From Eubacteriales bacterium (GTDB lineage Bacteria; Bacillota; Clostridia; Oscillospirales; CAG-272), in the NCBI GenBank assembly GCA_045612385.1, contig JAZKYZ010000039.1, positions 969-64,968 of the forward strand: a DNA stretch of 64,000 bases, in the 5' to 3' direction. The notes below the pieces were generated by a model. It was not told the DNA's origin. It ran no database searches and was given only the letters and a program-made list of their open reading frames with translations. The position numbers and the translations under genes were made by a program. Shown here one piece after another: positions 10,390 through 21,501 of the stretch (the first letter of the stretch is position 1; the number at the start of each line of letters is the position of its first letter).

Positions 10390-11802
10390 TCACATTTCTT
10401 CTACTTTGATGAGGCTGGTGTTACCAGATCTACCGTTGGTGTTACCACCAGTGATAACAATACGGTCGCCTTTTTTCAAGGTAAGCACCTCTTTTGCTAT
10501 TTTCTTGGCAGTGTAAAACAGGACGTCCGTAGAGGTAAACTGCTCGCACATAGCAGGGATAACTCCCCAAGAAAGAGCAAGTCGACGCCAAGTTTTTTCA
10601 TCCGTCGTTAATCCAATAATCGGCACAGGCGAACGGAAACGAGAGACCATTCGCGCCGTCATACCCGACAGGGAACACGCGATGATTGCCTTTGCGCCAA
10701 GATCAATCGCCATACCACACGCCGAGTGCGAAATGGCGTCAACGGAGTTGCGAATACGGAATTCAGAACCGTGAAAGAGCTTGTCGAAGTTGATGCTTTC
10801 TTCAGCCGTTTCTGCAATCTTCGCCATAATCTGCACAGTACGAACAGGATATTTACCCGCTGCGGTCTCTCCAGAGAGCATGACAGCGCTGGTGCCGTCA
10901 TAGACGGCGTTGGCTACGTCGGAGATTTCCGCTCTGGTTGGACGAGGATTGTGAATCATAGATTCCAGCATCTCGGTCGCAGTGATAACACGTTTGCCAA
11001 GCATACGGCATTTGGTAATGAGGGATTTTTGTATTGCAGGAAGGCGATCAAAGGGAACTTCCACGCCCATATCGCCACGAGCAACCATGATACCATCACA
11101 GCTTTTACAAATTTCTTCAATGTTATCAAAGCCCGATTGGTTTTCGATTTTAGCAATCAGTTCGACGCCCTCAGCGCCAATTTCATCCAGATATGCGTGT
11201 ACGTCAAGCAAATCCTGCTCACAGGAAACAAAGGAGCAGGCAATATAATCGACATCATTCTGAACACCAAAGAGGATATCACGCTTATCCTGCTCGGAAA
11301 GGTAGGTCTGTTTCATCACTCGACCAGGGAAACTCATACTCTTACGGTCGGAAAGTTCGCCTCCCTCTGTCACACGGCAGATGATCTCTGTACCCGAAAC
11401 TTCCTCGACAGCGAATGACAGCAATCCATTGTTCAAAAGAATGGTATCGCCAGAGGAAAGTTCCTGCGCAAGTCCTGCATAACTGACGGAAACGCGCTCA
11501 TTGGTACCTATGATGTCCTCCGTAGTAAAGATGAAGGTGTCGCCCTCTTTGAGCATAATCTTGCCACCCTCGAAGGTTTTGATACGGTATTCCGGTCCCT
11601 TCGTATCCAGCATAATCGCAATGGGTAAGCCAAGACGCTCACGCACGCGCTTAATCATATCAATTCGTTTTTGATGGTCCTCGTGGGTGCCGTGAGAGAA
11701 ATTGAGTCTGGCAACGTTCATTCCCGCACGACAAAGCCCTGCGAACACCTCTTCGCTATCACTCGCAGGTCCAATGGTACATACAATTTTTGTTTTTCTC
11801 AT
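10390..11802 (-). CDS. pyk: Pyruvate kinase
   Basis: MRKTKIVCTIGPAS, RLNFSHG, DTKGPE, IMVARGD, MLSGETA. Confidence 0.97.
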   Translation of the reverse strand: MRKTKIVCTIGPASDSEEVFAGLCRAGMNVARLNFSHGTHEDHQKRIDMIKRVRERLGLPIAIMLDTKGPEYRIKTFEGGKIMLKEGDTFIFTTEDIIGTNERVSVSYAGLAQELSSGDTILLNNGLLSFAVEEVSGTEIICRVTEGGELSDRKSMSFPGRVMKQTYLSEQDKRDILFGVQNDVDYIACSFVSCEQDLLDVHAYLDEIGAEGVELIAKIENQSGFDNIEEICKSCDGIMVARGDMGVEVPFDRLPAIQKSLITKCRMLGKRVITATEMLESMIHNPRPTRAEISDVANAVYDGTSAVMLSGETAAGKYPVRTVQIMAKIAETAEESINFDKLFHGSEFRIRNSVDAISHSACGMAIDLGAKAIIACSLSGMTARMVSRFRSPVPIIGLTTDEKTWRRLALSWGVIPAMCEQFTSTDVLFYTAKKIAKEVLTLKKGDRIVITGGNTNGRSGNTSLIKVEEM

Positions 11803-11954
11803 AGACGAATCCACCTTGTTTTCGTTTTTTCTTATTTTACCACAAAATGAAGATAAATTCAATAGTTTTAAAATAATAGTTGGTAAAACTCTTGCATTTT
11901 TTCTGCAAATATGTTATACTGTTGAGGAATCAGAATTACTAAAGGAGCTCCCCT

Positions 11955-12503
11955 ATGGACGAGTTAGAATCGCTCAACTGTGCCCAATATGCATATGAAA
12001 AAAAGACTGAGGGCAAACTGGCAGTACTGAAAAGCCTTCTGATTATCGGATATATTGTTTTCGTTCTTGGCTTCTTCTTGTTCTGCTTTATCACAAGAAT
12101 TGTGCCACTGTTTGCCGTATGTCCAATGTTTTTATGGATTTTGATTTTCTTTACCTGGCCCCTTGTGAAATTCGATATCGTATACACCTTTGAGCACGGA
12201 ACGCTTACCTTCTATAAGGAGTATCGTTGGCTGAAAGGAAAAAAGAGAGCCGAGCTTCTTCGCCTTCGTATGCAGGAAGCGCAACGGGTTTCTCCTTATA
12301 CAGGAGAGAGATTGGAAGGAAAAATCTACGATTTTTCTTCCAGCCGTAACGCAAGCAGTCTGGTATTCATTATCGGCAAGGACAAAGATGGACACGTAGT
12401 CAGTGTCATTTTTGATAGCATTGAACGCGTCAATAAGCTTCTCTGCTCCTTTGCAAAGGAAGCCTCATCAGAGTTGCGCGCTTATGTATATTCTGCTAAG
12501 TAA
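11955..12503 (+). CDS. Hypothetical protein with two N-terminal TM helices
   Basis: 182-aa ORF, AAGGAG RBS, TTGCAT-17-TATACT promoter upstream. Confidence 0.7.
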   Translation: MDELESLNCAQYAYEKKTEGKLAVLKSLLIIGYIVFVLGFFLFCFITRIVPLFAVCPMFLWILIFFTWPLVKFDIVYTFEHGTLTFYKEYRWLKGKKRAELLRLRMQEAQRVSPYTGERLEGKIYDFSSSRNASSLVFIIGKDKDGHVVSVIFDSIERVNKLLCSFAKEASSELRAYVYSAK

Positions 12504-12596
12504 ATGCAATGATTTGAAAATATTTGTTTACAAAAAAAGACTTTCTCTCAGCATTGCGCCATCAAAGGCGCAAGTCCTGTCGAAAGTCTTTTTTGT

Positions 12597-14330
12597 TTAT
12601 ATTTTTATTGTTTCAATTTCTTCTGTTCCGTCAAGATGAATTCGCATCACCGGAACGCAACCCATAATTTTGCTTTCTGCTTGTCGGATGTTCCCTTGCG
12701 CATCAATGACCCACGGCTGTTTGAGAAAGCGCTTCGGGCAAAGCATCCACATTGCATAATCTCCATCTATTCCATATTGACTGAAACATCTGTCGTAGTC
12801 TAAAACTTTTCTTTTGAGAAACGTTTTGTCAAAACCAAAAAAATATTTTTCCGCCTCTTCTTTACTGAACAGGTACAGTTTTCGCCCGTGATATCTGCTG
12901 ATCGGATTCAGGGTCTTTGTCAAAATCTTTCTTTTCTCCTGTGGCACAAAAATCTGCTTACAAAGACGGTTCAGCTCATTTCCCGTATTCGACTGAAAAC
13001 GTGCCATATAGTAATATGGGGGTACCAAAAGAAAATAATTTAAAAAATTTTCCTTACAAGCATCAGCAATATCACCGAACCAACCGTTAGGCGAGTCGAG
13101 AACAGTATCAATGATGCTATCGCAAATCAAGAGAGCTGTATTCCCCTTTTTCTCAAGAATTTGCCAACGAATGGGCTCCACCTTAAAATAATAGTTTTGA
13201 TTGTCCACGATCGGTGTTCCATCAGAAAATTCTGAAAAACTCTTTGTGTGATAAGCGGGGCCGGAAAGCCTGTAATAGCATCCATCTGAGCCAAGATAAT
13301 TGCCCTGTTCATTTTTTGTGCTCTCATCAATCGTCACATCAGGACTTTTGATGGTCGCCGCCCTCTCGCCGAGATAAAGGTATTCCAGGGTAATGGTTGT
13401 GGATTTTTGTGTCGCATCTACAAATATTTCCTCTTCCACATCCAGAATCGTGCAGACATCCGGGAGAAATCTCACCTTCGTGGCAGGAACTATGCCTTTC
13501 GTGGCATCCGAAACGTCTGCTAAGTTTTCTTTATAGGTAAAGTAATTCAGATAGTACTCTTTCCTCAAGGTATAGCCATCAATATAATGCGCCTTGCCTT
13601 CCTCTTCACCACCAGTCGAACGAAGCCACCAATCTCCCTTCAGATATCCTGTAACGCTCTCGCAGGATAGACCTTGCGCAAGCGCATAATCGGAGAGTTC
13701 AATTTTCTTCACTTCGCTACAAGTCGGCGTGACAAGCAGGCGATAGTCCGATACGGAGGCTTCGCGAGCAGAAAGAAGAAACACATAATCCTCCTGTGTG
13801 GGGGCGCCGTCCTCGCTCGCGCGTTTTGCATTTTTCGCTTTGCTCTCTATGTTGCTCGGAAGCACCAGACTTTTTTCCTCTTCGTTAAAAAGCGCATCAT
13901 AAAAGTCGCCATTCAGAAATCCTCTGATTTCACTTTGGAGGTAGTTGCTTGAGCTTTTATCAAAACGGCGAGATAGCAGGATGCTATCGCACAGGAGAAT
14001 TGCCTCTCCCCTCTTTTCCTTCAAAATTCGCCAACGGACAGGCTGTACCTTAAAGTAGTAGGTTTCCCCATCCACGATTTTTTGGCCGTCAGAAAATTTG
14101 TTAAGCGAAGAGCGCTCTACCGTCCACGCCGCATAGAAATAGCCATCACTACCGAGATAGTAGCCTCTCTCATCCACGACATTGTCATTGATAATGACCT
14201 GTTCCTCTTTTATAGTTTGTGGATATTCCCCAAAATAAAAGAAATCACCCCTTCTCGTGCAGGAGGGTATCGCTTCCTTCGTCGTCAGGACTCTTTGTTT
14301 TTTTCTTTTTTTCATAAAATTTTCTTCCAT
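12597..14330 (-). CDS. DUF6273-like protein with internal duplication
   Basis: Two copies of YLGSDG..Y...F.DG..IV....YYFKV.P.RW.IL....LLCDSI; VFLLS and WWLRS motifs. Confidence 0.7.
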   Translation of the reverse strand: MEENFMKKRKKQRVLTTKEAIPSCTRRGDFFYFGEYPQTIKEEQVIINDNVVDERGYYLGSDGYFYAAWTVERSSLNKFSDGQKIVDGETYYFKVQPVRWRILKEKRGEAILLCDSILLSRRFDKSSSNYLQSEIRGFLNGDFYDALFNEEEKSLVLPSNIESKAKNAKRASEDGAPTQEDYVFLLSAREASVSDYRLLVTPTCSEVKKIELSDYALAQGLSCESVTGYLKGDWWLRSTGGEEEGKAHYIDGYTLRKEYYLNYFTYKENLADVSDATKGIVPATKVRFLPDVCTILDVEEEIFVDATQKSTTITLEYLYLGERAATIKSPDVTIDESTKNEQGNYLGSDGCYYRLSGPAYHTKSFSEFSDGTPIVDNQNYYFKVEPIRWQILEKKGNTALLICDSIIDTVLDSPNGWFGDIADACKENFLNYFLLVPPYYYMARFQSNTGNELNRLCKQIFVPQEKRKILTKTLNPISRYHGRKLYLFSKEEAEKYFFGFDKTFLKRKVLDYDRCFSQYGIDGDYAMWMLCPKRFLKQPWVIDAQGNIRQAESKIMGCVPVMRIHLDGTEEIETIKI

Positions 14331-14370
14331 TTCCTTGATAGAAACATTTTAACATATGCGCGAGGGGATG

Positions 14371-15897
14371 TCAATAAGAAATTGGTTTGATTTTCTGTTT
14401 ATGAAAAATCAGGCGTGATAGATAGAAGAAAAAGAGAAAAACAGAAAGGAAAAAAGCCATTTTAAGAAAGAAAAAGACATATGGGGTTGTGGAGCCATTG
14501 AGATGAAAGAGAGAAGTCGTAAGCAGTGAGGAGAGGATAGCGCACAAAAGGGGAAATACAAAGGCGTGAGCGAGGGAGAAGGAGAGGCGAACACGTCGGC
14601 GCAGACGGAGGAAGGAAAGCACGAAATTATAGCCCTCCATCACGATAATGACGACGGCATATCCGAAAATACCGAGTCTTGGCAACAGGAAGTACAAAAG
14701 GACAATCGAGAGAAGGGAGTCGGTGATGTTTACCCACATAGAATAAACGTGTTCACCTATCCCTTTCAGGATGGCGTCGGTGACGTGATCGAGATACATC
14801 AGGGGGACAATGGGCGCAAGAACAAAGAGGTGCGCAGATGCCGTCGGGGTTTTATAAATCAGATTGGAGATTTCCTCCCCGAAAACAAAGAGAAAGACAC
14901 AAATAACGGACGCATAGGAGAGGGTATAGGAGAGCGCTCTGGAGGCGATATTTCCCATTTTCCCTTTATCCCCAGTGCTTTTGAGTTCGGCAAATTCCGG
15001 TACAAGCAACGAAGAAAAAGAGGATAGGGGCGAGAGTGGATACAATAAAAGAGGGAGCGCCATACCGTGCAAGGCGCCATAATCCGCAAGGGCGCTTTCT
15101 ATGGTGCTGTTTCCATATTTTAAGAGGCGTTTTGGGATCAGGCTATGCTCAAGAGTGAGGAGCGCCTGACGAATGTAGGCGGAAAAAGCGAGGGGAAGCG
15201 TGATGGAAAGCAGGGGAAAAAGGGGGCGATATTTCTCGCTTTCACCTTTCGTTTTTTTAGGAATACAGGCAAGGTAAAAGAGAAAAAGGATCAAGGCGCC
15301 AAAGTTTTCACAAAGAGTGGAGGCGAGGGATAATCGAGAAATTGCCATACCGATAGGCATTCCGGATCCCTCTGGCAAAAATGCGACGGTGAAAACAATT
15401 TTTAACAGTTGTGTCATCACCTGTACGCCTGCGCCAATCGGAACACGTCGAATGGCAACAAAATACCCACTGAACACAGATGAGAGCGCCATTGCCGGCA
15501 GAGAAAGGGCAAGGATTTTGAGTGGCGCGTTGGCGCGAAGATCTCCGATAAAGCTGAGGACAAGAGGGCGCGAGAAAACAATGACGGCGAGAGTTGAAAA
15601 CAGGGAGAGGAGCCCACTATAAAAAATGGCAGCGCCAACGATATGCCGATGGCGTGAGGGGGCGTTTGCATCCACCTCTGAGGCAACGCTCGTGGTGACG
15701 GCAAGACCAATTCCAGCGCTCACGAAGGTGACGGCGAAGGAAAAGACGTTCATCAGCAGGGTGAAAAGACCGACTCCCTCTTCTCCCACACGTGAGAGAA
15801 TGAAGGCGCTGAAATAGAGAGAGACGGTACGCATTGAGAGGTTGACAACGCTCATCAAAAGCGCGCCTAACAAAAAGGTTTTCTTACGGCTTGACAT
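14371..15897 (-). CDS. MOP-superfamily flippase, SpoVB-like
   Basis: About 14 TM segments; VGEEGVGLF, YGALHGMALP, LLVPEFAE, DAILKGIG. Confidence 0.8.
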   Translation of the reverse strand: MSSRKKTFLLGALLMSVVNLSMRTVSLYFSAFILSRVGEEGVGLFTLLMNVFSFAVTFVSAGIGLAVTTSVASEVDANAPSRHRHIVGAAIFYSGLLSLFSTLAVIVFSRPLVLSFIGDLRANAPLKILALSLPAMALSSVFSGYFVAIRRVPIGAGVQVMTQLLKIVFTVAFLPEGSGMPIGMAISRLSLASTLCENFGALILFLFYLACIPKKTKGESEKYRPLFPLLSITLPLAFSAYIRQALLTLEHSLIPKRLLKYGNSTIESALADYGALHGMALPLLLYPLSPLSSFSSLLVPEFAELKSTGDKGKMGNIASRALSYTLSYASVICVFLFVFGEEISNLIYKTPTASAHLFVLAPIVPLMYLDHVTDAILKGIGEHVYSMWVNITDSLLSIVLLYFLLPRLGIFGYAVVIIVMEGYNFVLSFLRLRRRVRLSFSLAHAFVFPLLCAILSSLLTTSLFHLNGSTTPYVFFFLKMAFFLSVFLFFFYLSRLIFHKQKIKPISY

Positions 15898-16116
15898 AGT
15901 TCTACTCCAAAAACATAGGAATACTCTAATGTATGAAAGAGAGTTGATTTTTTTGTCTGTTATAGAATATTTCTTTTTTCAAAAAAACAAATGCAAATGA
16001 CGAACGCAAAGGAATTTCTATTCTTTTTTTCGAAGAAATGTTTAAAACTTCTTGAAATCTTCATATTTATCGTGTATAATAGTCCATAGAAAATAAATCA
16101 AGGAGAAAATCATACT

Positions 16117-16536
16117 ATGTTCAATTTTTCGTTTTTGCTCGATTCGACAACCAATACGCAAACGAATCCTCTTGGTGGCTTTGGCGGAATTATAATGATT
16201 GTTGTGCTCTTTGTAGCGCTTTATTTCTTTATGATTCGTCCCCAGAAAAAGCAGGAAAAGAGAGATGCAGAAATGCGTGATTCCCTCGCCGTAGGCGATG
16301 AAGTTACCACCATTGGCGGTATTATTGGTAAGGTTGTTTCCATCAAGGGAGAGACCTTTGTTCTGGAAACCACCAGAGAGAAAACCAAAATTCGTTTCCT
16401 GAAAGGCGCCATTCGTACCATTGATGTCAAGGCAGAAGCACTCGCTCAGACTGTAATTGAAAGTCAGCAGGCCGAAGCTCAGGCAACCGAAGAGGCTACT
16501 CCCGCGCAGCAGGAAAGCGCAGAAGAAGGCAAATAA
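16117..16536 (+). CDS. yajC: Preprotein translocase subunit YajC
   Basis: YFFMIRPQKKQ...L.VGDEVTTIGGIIGKV. Confidence 0.95.
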   Translation: MFNFSFLLDSTTNTQTNPLGGFGGIIMIVVLFVALYFFMIRPQKKQEKRDAEMRDSLAVGDEVTTIGGIIGKVVSIKGETFVLETTREKTKIRFLKGAIRTIDVKAEALAQTVIESQQAEAQATEEATPAQQESAEEGK

Positions 16537-16601
16537 TCTTCATAAATACAAAAATCTCCGCATACATTTGAGAGAACATTCTCGGTATGCGGAGGTTTTT
16601 T

Positions 16602-16982
16602 ATGAAAAAAATGAAGTTGTTTGGTTGGAAACTCTATCTTGTGCGCTTGGCACTTTATCTCCTCGCTCTTGTCGGAGGGATGGCGCTGCTCGCCGGCGTG
16701 CTTTTGCTATTCAAAAATCCACTCCCCTTTATCTCTTCCCTTTCGCTCGGTCTTTTCTTTCTTCTTGCCCTCGTCTTTGGGGTTATTGCCAATCGTGAGG
16801 ACGGTCTACTGTTCTCTACCCTTCCGACACTGACGGTAGCGCTTCTCTTAATTGTAACAGGGCTGATTGTCAATGGAGGAAAGCTTCCCTTCTCTGTCAT
16901 TGTTTATGCAGTTATATTTTTTGCTTGCTTTATGCTCGGCAGAATCTTACCAAGAAAAAAGAAACACAGACGCTCATTTTAA
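16602..16982 (+). CDS. Hypothetical 4-TM membrane protein
   Basis: Hydrophobic ORF with GGAGG RBS and a basic C-terminal tail. Confidence 0.7.
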   Translation: MKKMKLFGWKLYLVRLALYLLALVGGMALLAGVLLLFKNPLPFISSLSLGLFFLLALVFGVIANREDGLLFSTLPTLTVALLLIVTGLIVNGGKLPFSVIVYAVIFFACFMLGRILPRKKKHRRSF

Positions 16983-17094
16983 GGAAAACCCTTGAAAATA
17001 AATGGAGAACAGAGCGTTTCATTTAACTTTTGACAACTATTGTTTGCATATCAAAAGAAAAAGCGAAGAATTCCAAGAATTCTTCGCTTTTGAA

Positions 17095-17922
17095 TTAAAG
17101 AGATTTTGCATAATCGCCAAGGATTTCTTCAAAATTAACGCCATAGGTACGGTAGGAGGGATCGGCGAGGGTTTTCTTCATAGAAAGAAGCGTGAAGTCA
17201 ACGGCAATATCCAGAGATTCAAAAACCGAGTGTCCACGCATCAGGGCGCCGAGAAAGAGGGAGGCGTAGATGTCGCCAGTACCGTGAAAAGCAACAGGGA
17301 GTTTTTCGTTTTTGTAGTAATGATATTCATTCGCTTCTCGATCGTAGGCGTATACACCAATTTCATCCGGCACAAAGGAAATACCTGTCAGGGCAACATA
17401 ACGAGGGCCAAGCTCGGCGAGTTTATGGAGAAGCTCTTGGATCTGCTCTTCGGTGTATGTTTCAAGGTAGGTGGTATGGAGCATAAATGCAGCCTCCGAA
17501 AGATTGGGGAGGATGATATCTGCCTCACGACAAAGGTCGCACATATGGTCGGCAAATTCTTCGGTAAAGCCGTAATAGAGTTTACCGTGATCTGCCATCA
17601 CCGGGTCAATCACCTTCAGACAATCGGAAGATGCAAAGGTGTGGAAATAACTTCTCACAATATCAATTTGACGAAGGGAGCCGAGATAGCCAGTATAAAT
17701 CGCAGAAAAATCGAAGGCAAGTTCCTTGAACTTCTTTTCTATTGTCGGCAATTCTTCGGTGAGGTCACAGAAGGTAAAAGAGGGGAATGCCGTGTGATTG
17801 GAAAGCACAGCCGTCGGCAAGACAGCGCACTCCACGCCGGCCGCAGAAATGATAGGCAATGCAACGGTGAGCGAGCATTTGCCAACACAAGAGATGTCCT
17901 GAATGGTAAGAATTCTTTTCAT
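17095..17922 (-). CDS. pdxK: Pyridoxal/pyridoxamine kinase
   Basis: IQDISCVGKCSL, TGYLGS, DPVMAD, PNLSEA, HGTGD. Confidence 0.9.
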   Translation of the reverse strand: MKRILTIQDISCVGKCSLTVALPIISAAGVECAVLPTAVLSNHTAFPSFTFCDLTEELPTIEKKFKELAFDFSAIYTGYLGSLRQIDIVRSYFHTFASSDCLKVIDPVMADHGKLYYGFTEEFADHMCDLCREADIILPNLSEAAFMLHTTYLETYTEEQIQELLHKLAELGPRYVALTGISFVPDEIGVYAYDREANEYHYYKNEKLPVAFHGTGDIYASLFLGALMRGHSVFESLDIAVDFTLLSMKKTLADPSYRTYGVNFEEILGDYAKSL

Positions 17923-17940
17923 TATAGTATCCTTTCTATT

Positions 17941-19188
17941 TTAGTGAGTTGCCTCACTTACGTATGCCTCAAGGGCACTTAATTTGCTTGTAAAATGTTC
18001 ATATCCACGTAGGATATAATCGCTCTCGTCATCTACCGTGATGAGAGAATGGGTTGCGAGCGCATAAAGAACAATGCCGGCGCCAGCACGAAGGTCAGGT
18101 ACAGAAACCGTATCGGAGCGTATGGTGTCCCGAGAAGAAAAGGTGATAGAGCCATTCTCGTTTTCTGCATAATTTGCTCCAAGCGCGTGATAGGGGAGAA
18201 GAAAACTTTTCCTCTTTGGAAAGACACTGTCCAAGAGTGTCCCATTGCCATAGTGAGCAAGCGTCCCAGCAAGAATGGGGGAAAGGTCTGTGGGAATTCC
18301 GGGATAAGGCGCACAGACGATATCTACCCTTTTCGGTGGCTTGGGAAGAGAAAGCGTCGCAGAGTGCTCCTTGAGAAGAAGATCTGCGCCCGCCTTTTTC
18401 ATCAAGGAAAAGAAAGAGTGAAGATGCGAGGGGTCAATATCCTCAACGGTTACGCTACCTCCCGTGATAAAAGCGCTTAGGAGATAGGTTCCCGCCTCAA
18501 TCATATCGGGAATCATTCGCATCCGAACACCACGTAATTTGCCTCCACGAACAAAAAACGTCGGACGTGGGGTGGAGAGAATAGAGATGCGACACCCTGC
18601 AATGCGCAAGAAGGCAACGAGGGAGAGAACGTGTGGCTCAATGGCAACATTTTCAAGGATGCTTTCGTCCTCTATTTGCGAGGCGAGCAAAAGTCCGTTC
18701 ACGGTTGCACCTACGGAAACCTTAGGAAAAATAACTCTATTTGCATATAGTTGTTTACAAATAATCTCATTTTCTTGTATTTCCCCACCAAATGCCCTGA
18801 CTGCCCTCAAATGCAAATCAATCGGTCTATCACAGAAGGAACAGCCACCGAACATAGGAAGTTCCACCTTGCCAAAGCGTCCAAGACAAGCCCCGATCAG
18901 GTAGGTTGAGGCGCGAATCACACGGGTAAAGGCTTCACTCGGCGTTGCATAGGAGAGGTTTTGGGTATCAATTTCGATAATGTCAGGGGCGAGTCTTGTA
19001 ATCTCTGCGCCAAAGGTGCGAAGCAGGGAGAGGACAGTTTCTACATCTGTGATTTCCGGCACCCCAAAAAGCGTGCTTTTTCCCCTTGTCAGGAGTGTTG
19101 CAAAGAGGATGGGCAACACGGCATTTTTTGAACCACCTATTTTCACACTTCCCCGAAGCCTTCTACCACCCTCAATACGATAAATCAT
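17941..19188 (-). CDS. murA: UDP-N-acetylglucosamine 1-carboxyvinyltransferase
   Basis: GSKNAVLP, RAS, GGC...RPIDLH, SVGAT, PYPGIPTD, DLRAG. Confidence 0.9.
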   Translation of the reverse strand: MIYRIEGGRRLRGSVKIGGSKNAVLPILFATLLTRGKSTLFGVPEITDVETVLSLLRTFGAEITRLAPDIIEIDTQNLSYATPSEAFTRVIRASTYLIGACLGRFGKVELPMFGGCSFCDRPIDLHLRAVRAFGGEIQENEIICKQLYANRVIFPKVSVGATVNGLLLASQIEDESILENVAIEPHVLSLVAFLRIAGCRISILSTPRPTFFVRGGKLRGVRMRMIPDMIEAGTYLLSAFITGGSVTVEDIDPSHLHSFFSLMKKAGADLLLKEHSATLSLPKPPKRVDIVCAPYPGIPTDLSPILAGTLAHYGNGTLLDSVFPKRKSFLLPYHALGANYAENENGSITFSSRDTIRSDTVSVPDLRAGAGIVLYALATHSLITVDDESDYILRGYEHFTSKLSALEAYVSEATH

Positions 19189-19398
19189 ATCCTTTTCCCC
19201 TTTCATCCTTACATACACATTGTATGAAAACGGGGGGAAATGGTGAGGGAAAGGAGAATTGCCTAAAAACAACGAAAGTGGAGATGCGACAGTAACGTCT
19301 TAACATACTGCAAATGGAGCAATATACACAGGATTTCTTTTGAAACGCGAGATTGCTGTTACACCCTCTCGCTCTTTCTTATCGCTCTATGAGGATGG

Positions 19399-20520
19399 TC
19401 AATTTTTGACAAAAAGTTCAGGCTGCGTTTCTTTGTAAAAAGCGACAACAAGGTCGACAATGAAGCCATAGCTGACGGCGCCCTCTGTACCATTGACTTT
19501 AAGATAGGCGTCATTTAAGGATGAGGATACGTTTCCAACAGGGTTATTTTCAAACTGCTTTGCGTGCGCACTGATGGCACGGATATCCCCGATAATTCGA
19601 GGGTCGACACCTGCGAGAAATTCTCGATACAGTTCTCTGTCAGCGCGCCATAAGGCATTTATTACATAACGAAACAGATCAAAGTTTGCGCTATATCTGA
19701 CATAAGCATCTTCGCTTTCTTTTCCCACAAGAAAGGCTACAAAACTTGCCTCGTCCTCTCTGGATATTCCTCTTTGATGCGCCATTTCGTGCAAGGCAGT
19801 TGTCGGAATTTCGGCATCCGGATAATCCATATTTACATTGGATTCTCCAGTAAAAAAGGTATAAATTCCGAGAATATGCGCGTAGGACATTGCGCGACTA
19901 AAAACCACACCCTTGACACGCGAATGATAGTTATAGGAAATCAAGGACGAATTCTGTTTAACAAAATCGTCATACTCCTGGTTTAATTTTACAGAGAGAG
20001 TTTTCATTGTATGGGGCATTATGGATGCGCCATCTTCACCAAAGGTGATCTGATCGAGGTCCTCCAAGAGTTTTTCGTGAAGATGCTCGGCCGTGGCGAA
20101 AAGTTCTTCTTTTTCAATCTTTTCACGCTCAATCCCCATTTTATCGTCCAGACGTGTCGTGTGATAGCCTACACCTATTGTGAATACATAAAGCGTCCCC
20201 ACGAGAAAAACCACGCCAAGCGTGTTTAAGAAAAAGCGTCTTGCCCCCGAGCGCGTATGCACGAAACGGACATAGATGAAAACGAGAAGGAGAACGAGAA
20301 TGGGAGAAAGACAAATCAGTAGTTCAGCGAGAGAAAACGGAAGGAGGGAGCTAATCTTGGCAAGCGCTAAGCGCACCCCCTGTGCGAACGTGTCATTTAT
20401 CACATCTGCAAAAGCAGGAAAAAGGACAAACAATAGGAGCGCAAGAGCGCTTATCAAAAAAAGCGCAAAGGTTATGAGAAAAAAGGGCGTTGTGTATTTT
20501 TTCAGGGTATAAGAAAACAT
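19399..20520 (-). CDS. DUF3810-like membrane-anchored zinc metalloprotease
   Basis: GIYTFFTGESNVN, HEMAHQRG...EDEA. Confidence 0.8.
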   Translation of the reverse strand: MFSYTLKKYTTPFFLITFALFLISALALLLFVLFPAFADVINDTFAQGVRLALAKISSLLPFSLAELLICLSPILVLLLVFIYVRFVHTRSGARRFFLNTLGVVFLVGTLYVFTIGVGYHTTRLDDKMGIEREKIEKEELFATAEHLHEKLLEDLDQITFGEDGASIMPHTMKTLSVKLNQEYDDFVKQNSSLISYNYHSRVKGVVFSRAMSYAHILGIYTFFTGESNVNMDYPDAEIPTTALHEMAHQRGISREDEASFVAFLVGKESEDAYVRYSANFDLFRYVINALWRADRELYREFLAGVDPRIIGDIRAISAHAKQFENNPVGNVSSSLNDAYLKVNGTEGAVSYGFIVDLVVAFYKETQPELFVKN

Positions 20521-20546
20521 AAATCCACCCGTAGTTTAAACAAATT

Positions 20547-21299
20547 TTACAAGAGAAAATCGAAAACAAGCATCAGGCAAAAGCCGATAAGCAAGGAATA
20601 GGTCGCGCCACGCTCTGCTCCGTGCGCGTGCGTTTCGGGGATCATTTCGTCACTGATGACATAGAGCATTGTTCCACCGGCAAATGCCAGAGAAAACGGC
20701 AAAATAACCTCAGCAAGCTGTACGGCGAAGTAACCAATCAACGTGCCAATCACCTCAACAATGCCTGTCATAGAGGCGATCAGAAAGGTGCGACGCTTGG
20801 ACATTCCTGTTGCCAGCATCGGGGCAATAATTACCATTCCTTCAGGAATATTTTGCAAGGCAATACCACCTGCAATTAAAAAGGCGTTTGTCATATCGCC
20901 ACCACCAAAACCAACGCCCGCTGCTATGCCTTCGGGTAGGTTATGAATCGCGATTGCCAAAACAAAAAGAAGTATCTTATTCTGCTCTGCCGAAGCATTT
21001 TTTCCTTCGATATCCGTTCCAGAGAGAAGATGCAGGTGAGGGACAAGTTTGTCGATCAAAGAAAGCGCAACGGCACCAAGAAGAATTCCGATAACAGTTA
21101 CAATAATCGAAAACTTATCACTGGGGTCAAGCGAGGGCAAAATCAATCCTATAACAGCGGCAGCAAGCATAATGCCTGCGGCGAACGCTAAAATGATATC
21201 ACGCATACGGTGGGAAGCGTTCTGAAAAAGAAAGCCGGCAAGCGCGCCAATGACAGTAGCGCCACCGACACCAAGCGCTGTCAAAAGTACAATTTCCAT
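20547..21299 (-). CDS. ZIP-family metal transporter (ZupT-like)
   Basis: HNLPEG, QNIPEG, EMIPE. Confidence 0.9.
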   Translation of the reverse strand: MEIVLLTALGVGGATVIGALAGFLFQNASHRMRDIILAFAAGIMLAAAVIGLILPSLDPSDKFSIIVTVIGILLGAVALSLIDKLVPHLHLLSGTDIEGKNASAEQNKILLFVLAIAIHNLPEGIAAGVGFGGGDMTNAFLIAGGIALQNIPEGMVIIAPMLATGMSKRRTFLIASMTGIVEVIGTLIGYFAVQLAEVILPFSLAFAGGTMLYVISDEMIPETHAHGAERGATYSLLIGFCLMLVFDFLL

Positions 21300-21501
21300 A
21301 TATAGTCCTTTCTTGTTATATCCTGCTGGGAGAACAATATGGGCTCTAAAAGTATATGCTTTTTAAAAGATATGCTTATTTTATCACAACTCGGCCATTT
21401 TGTAAAGATATTTAAATAAATTTACAATTTTTTCAAAGACTTGACTTTTTTTGCCATTTAAGATATAATAGGAGCGTTATATAAAAACAGGAGTGTGACC
21501 T

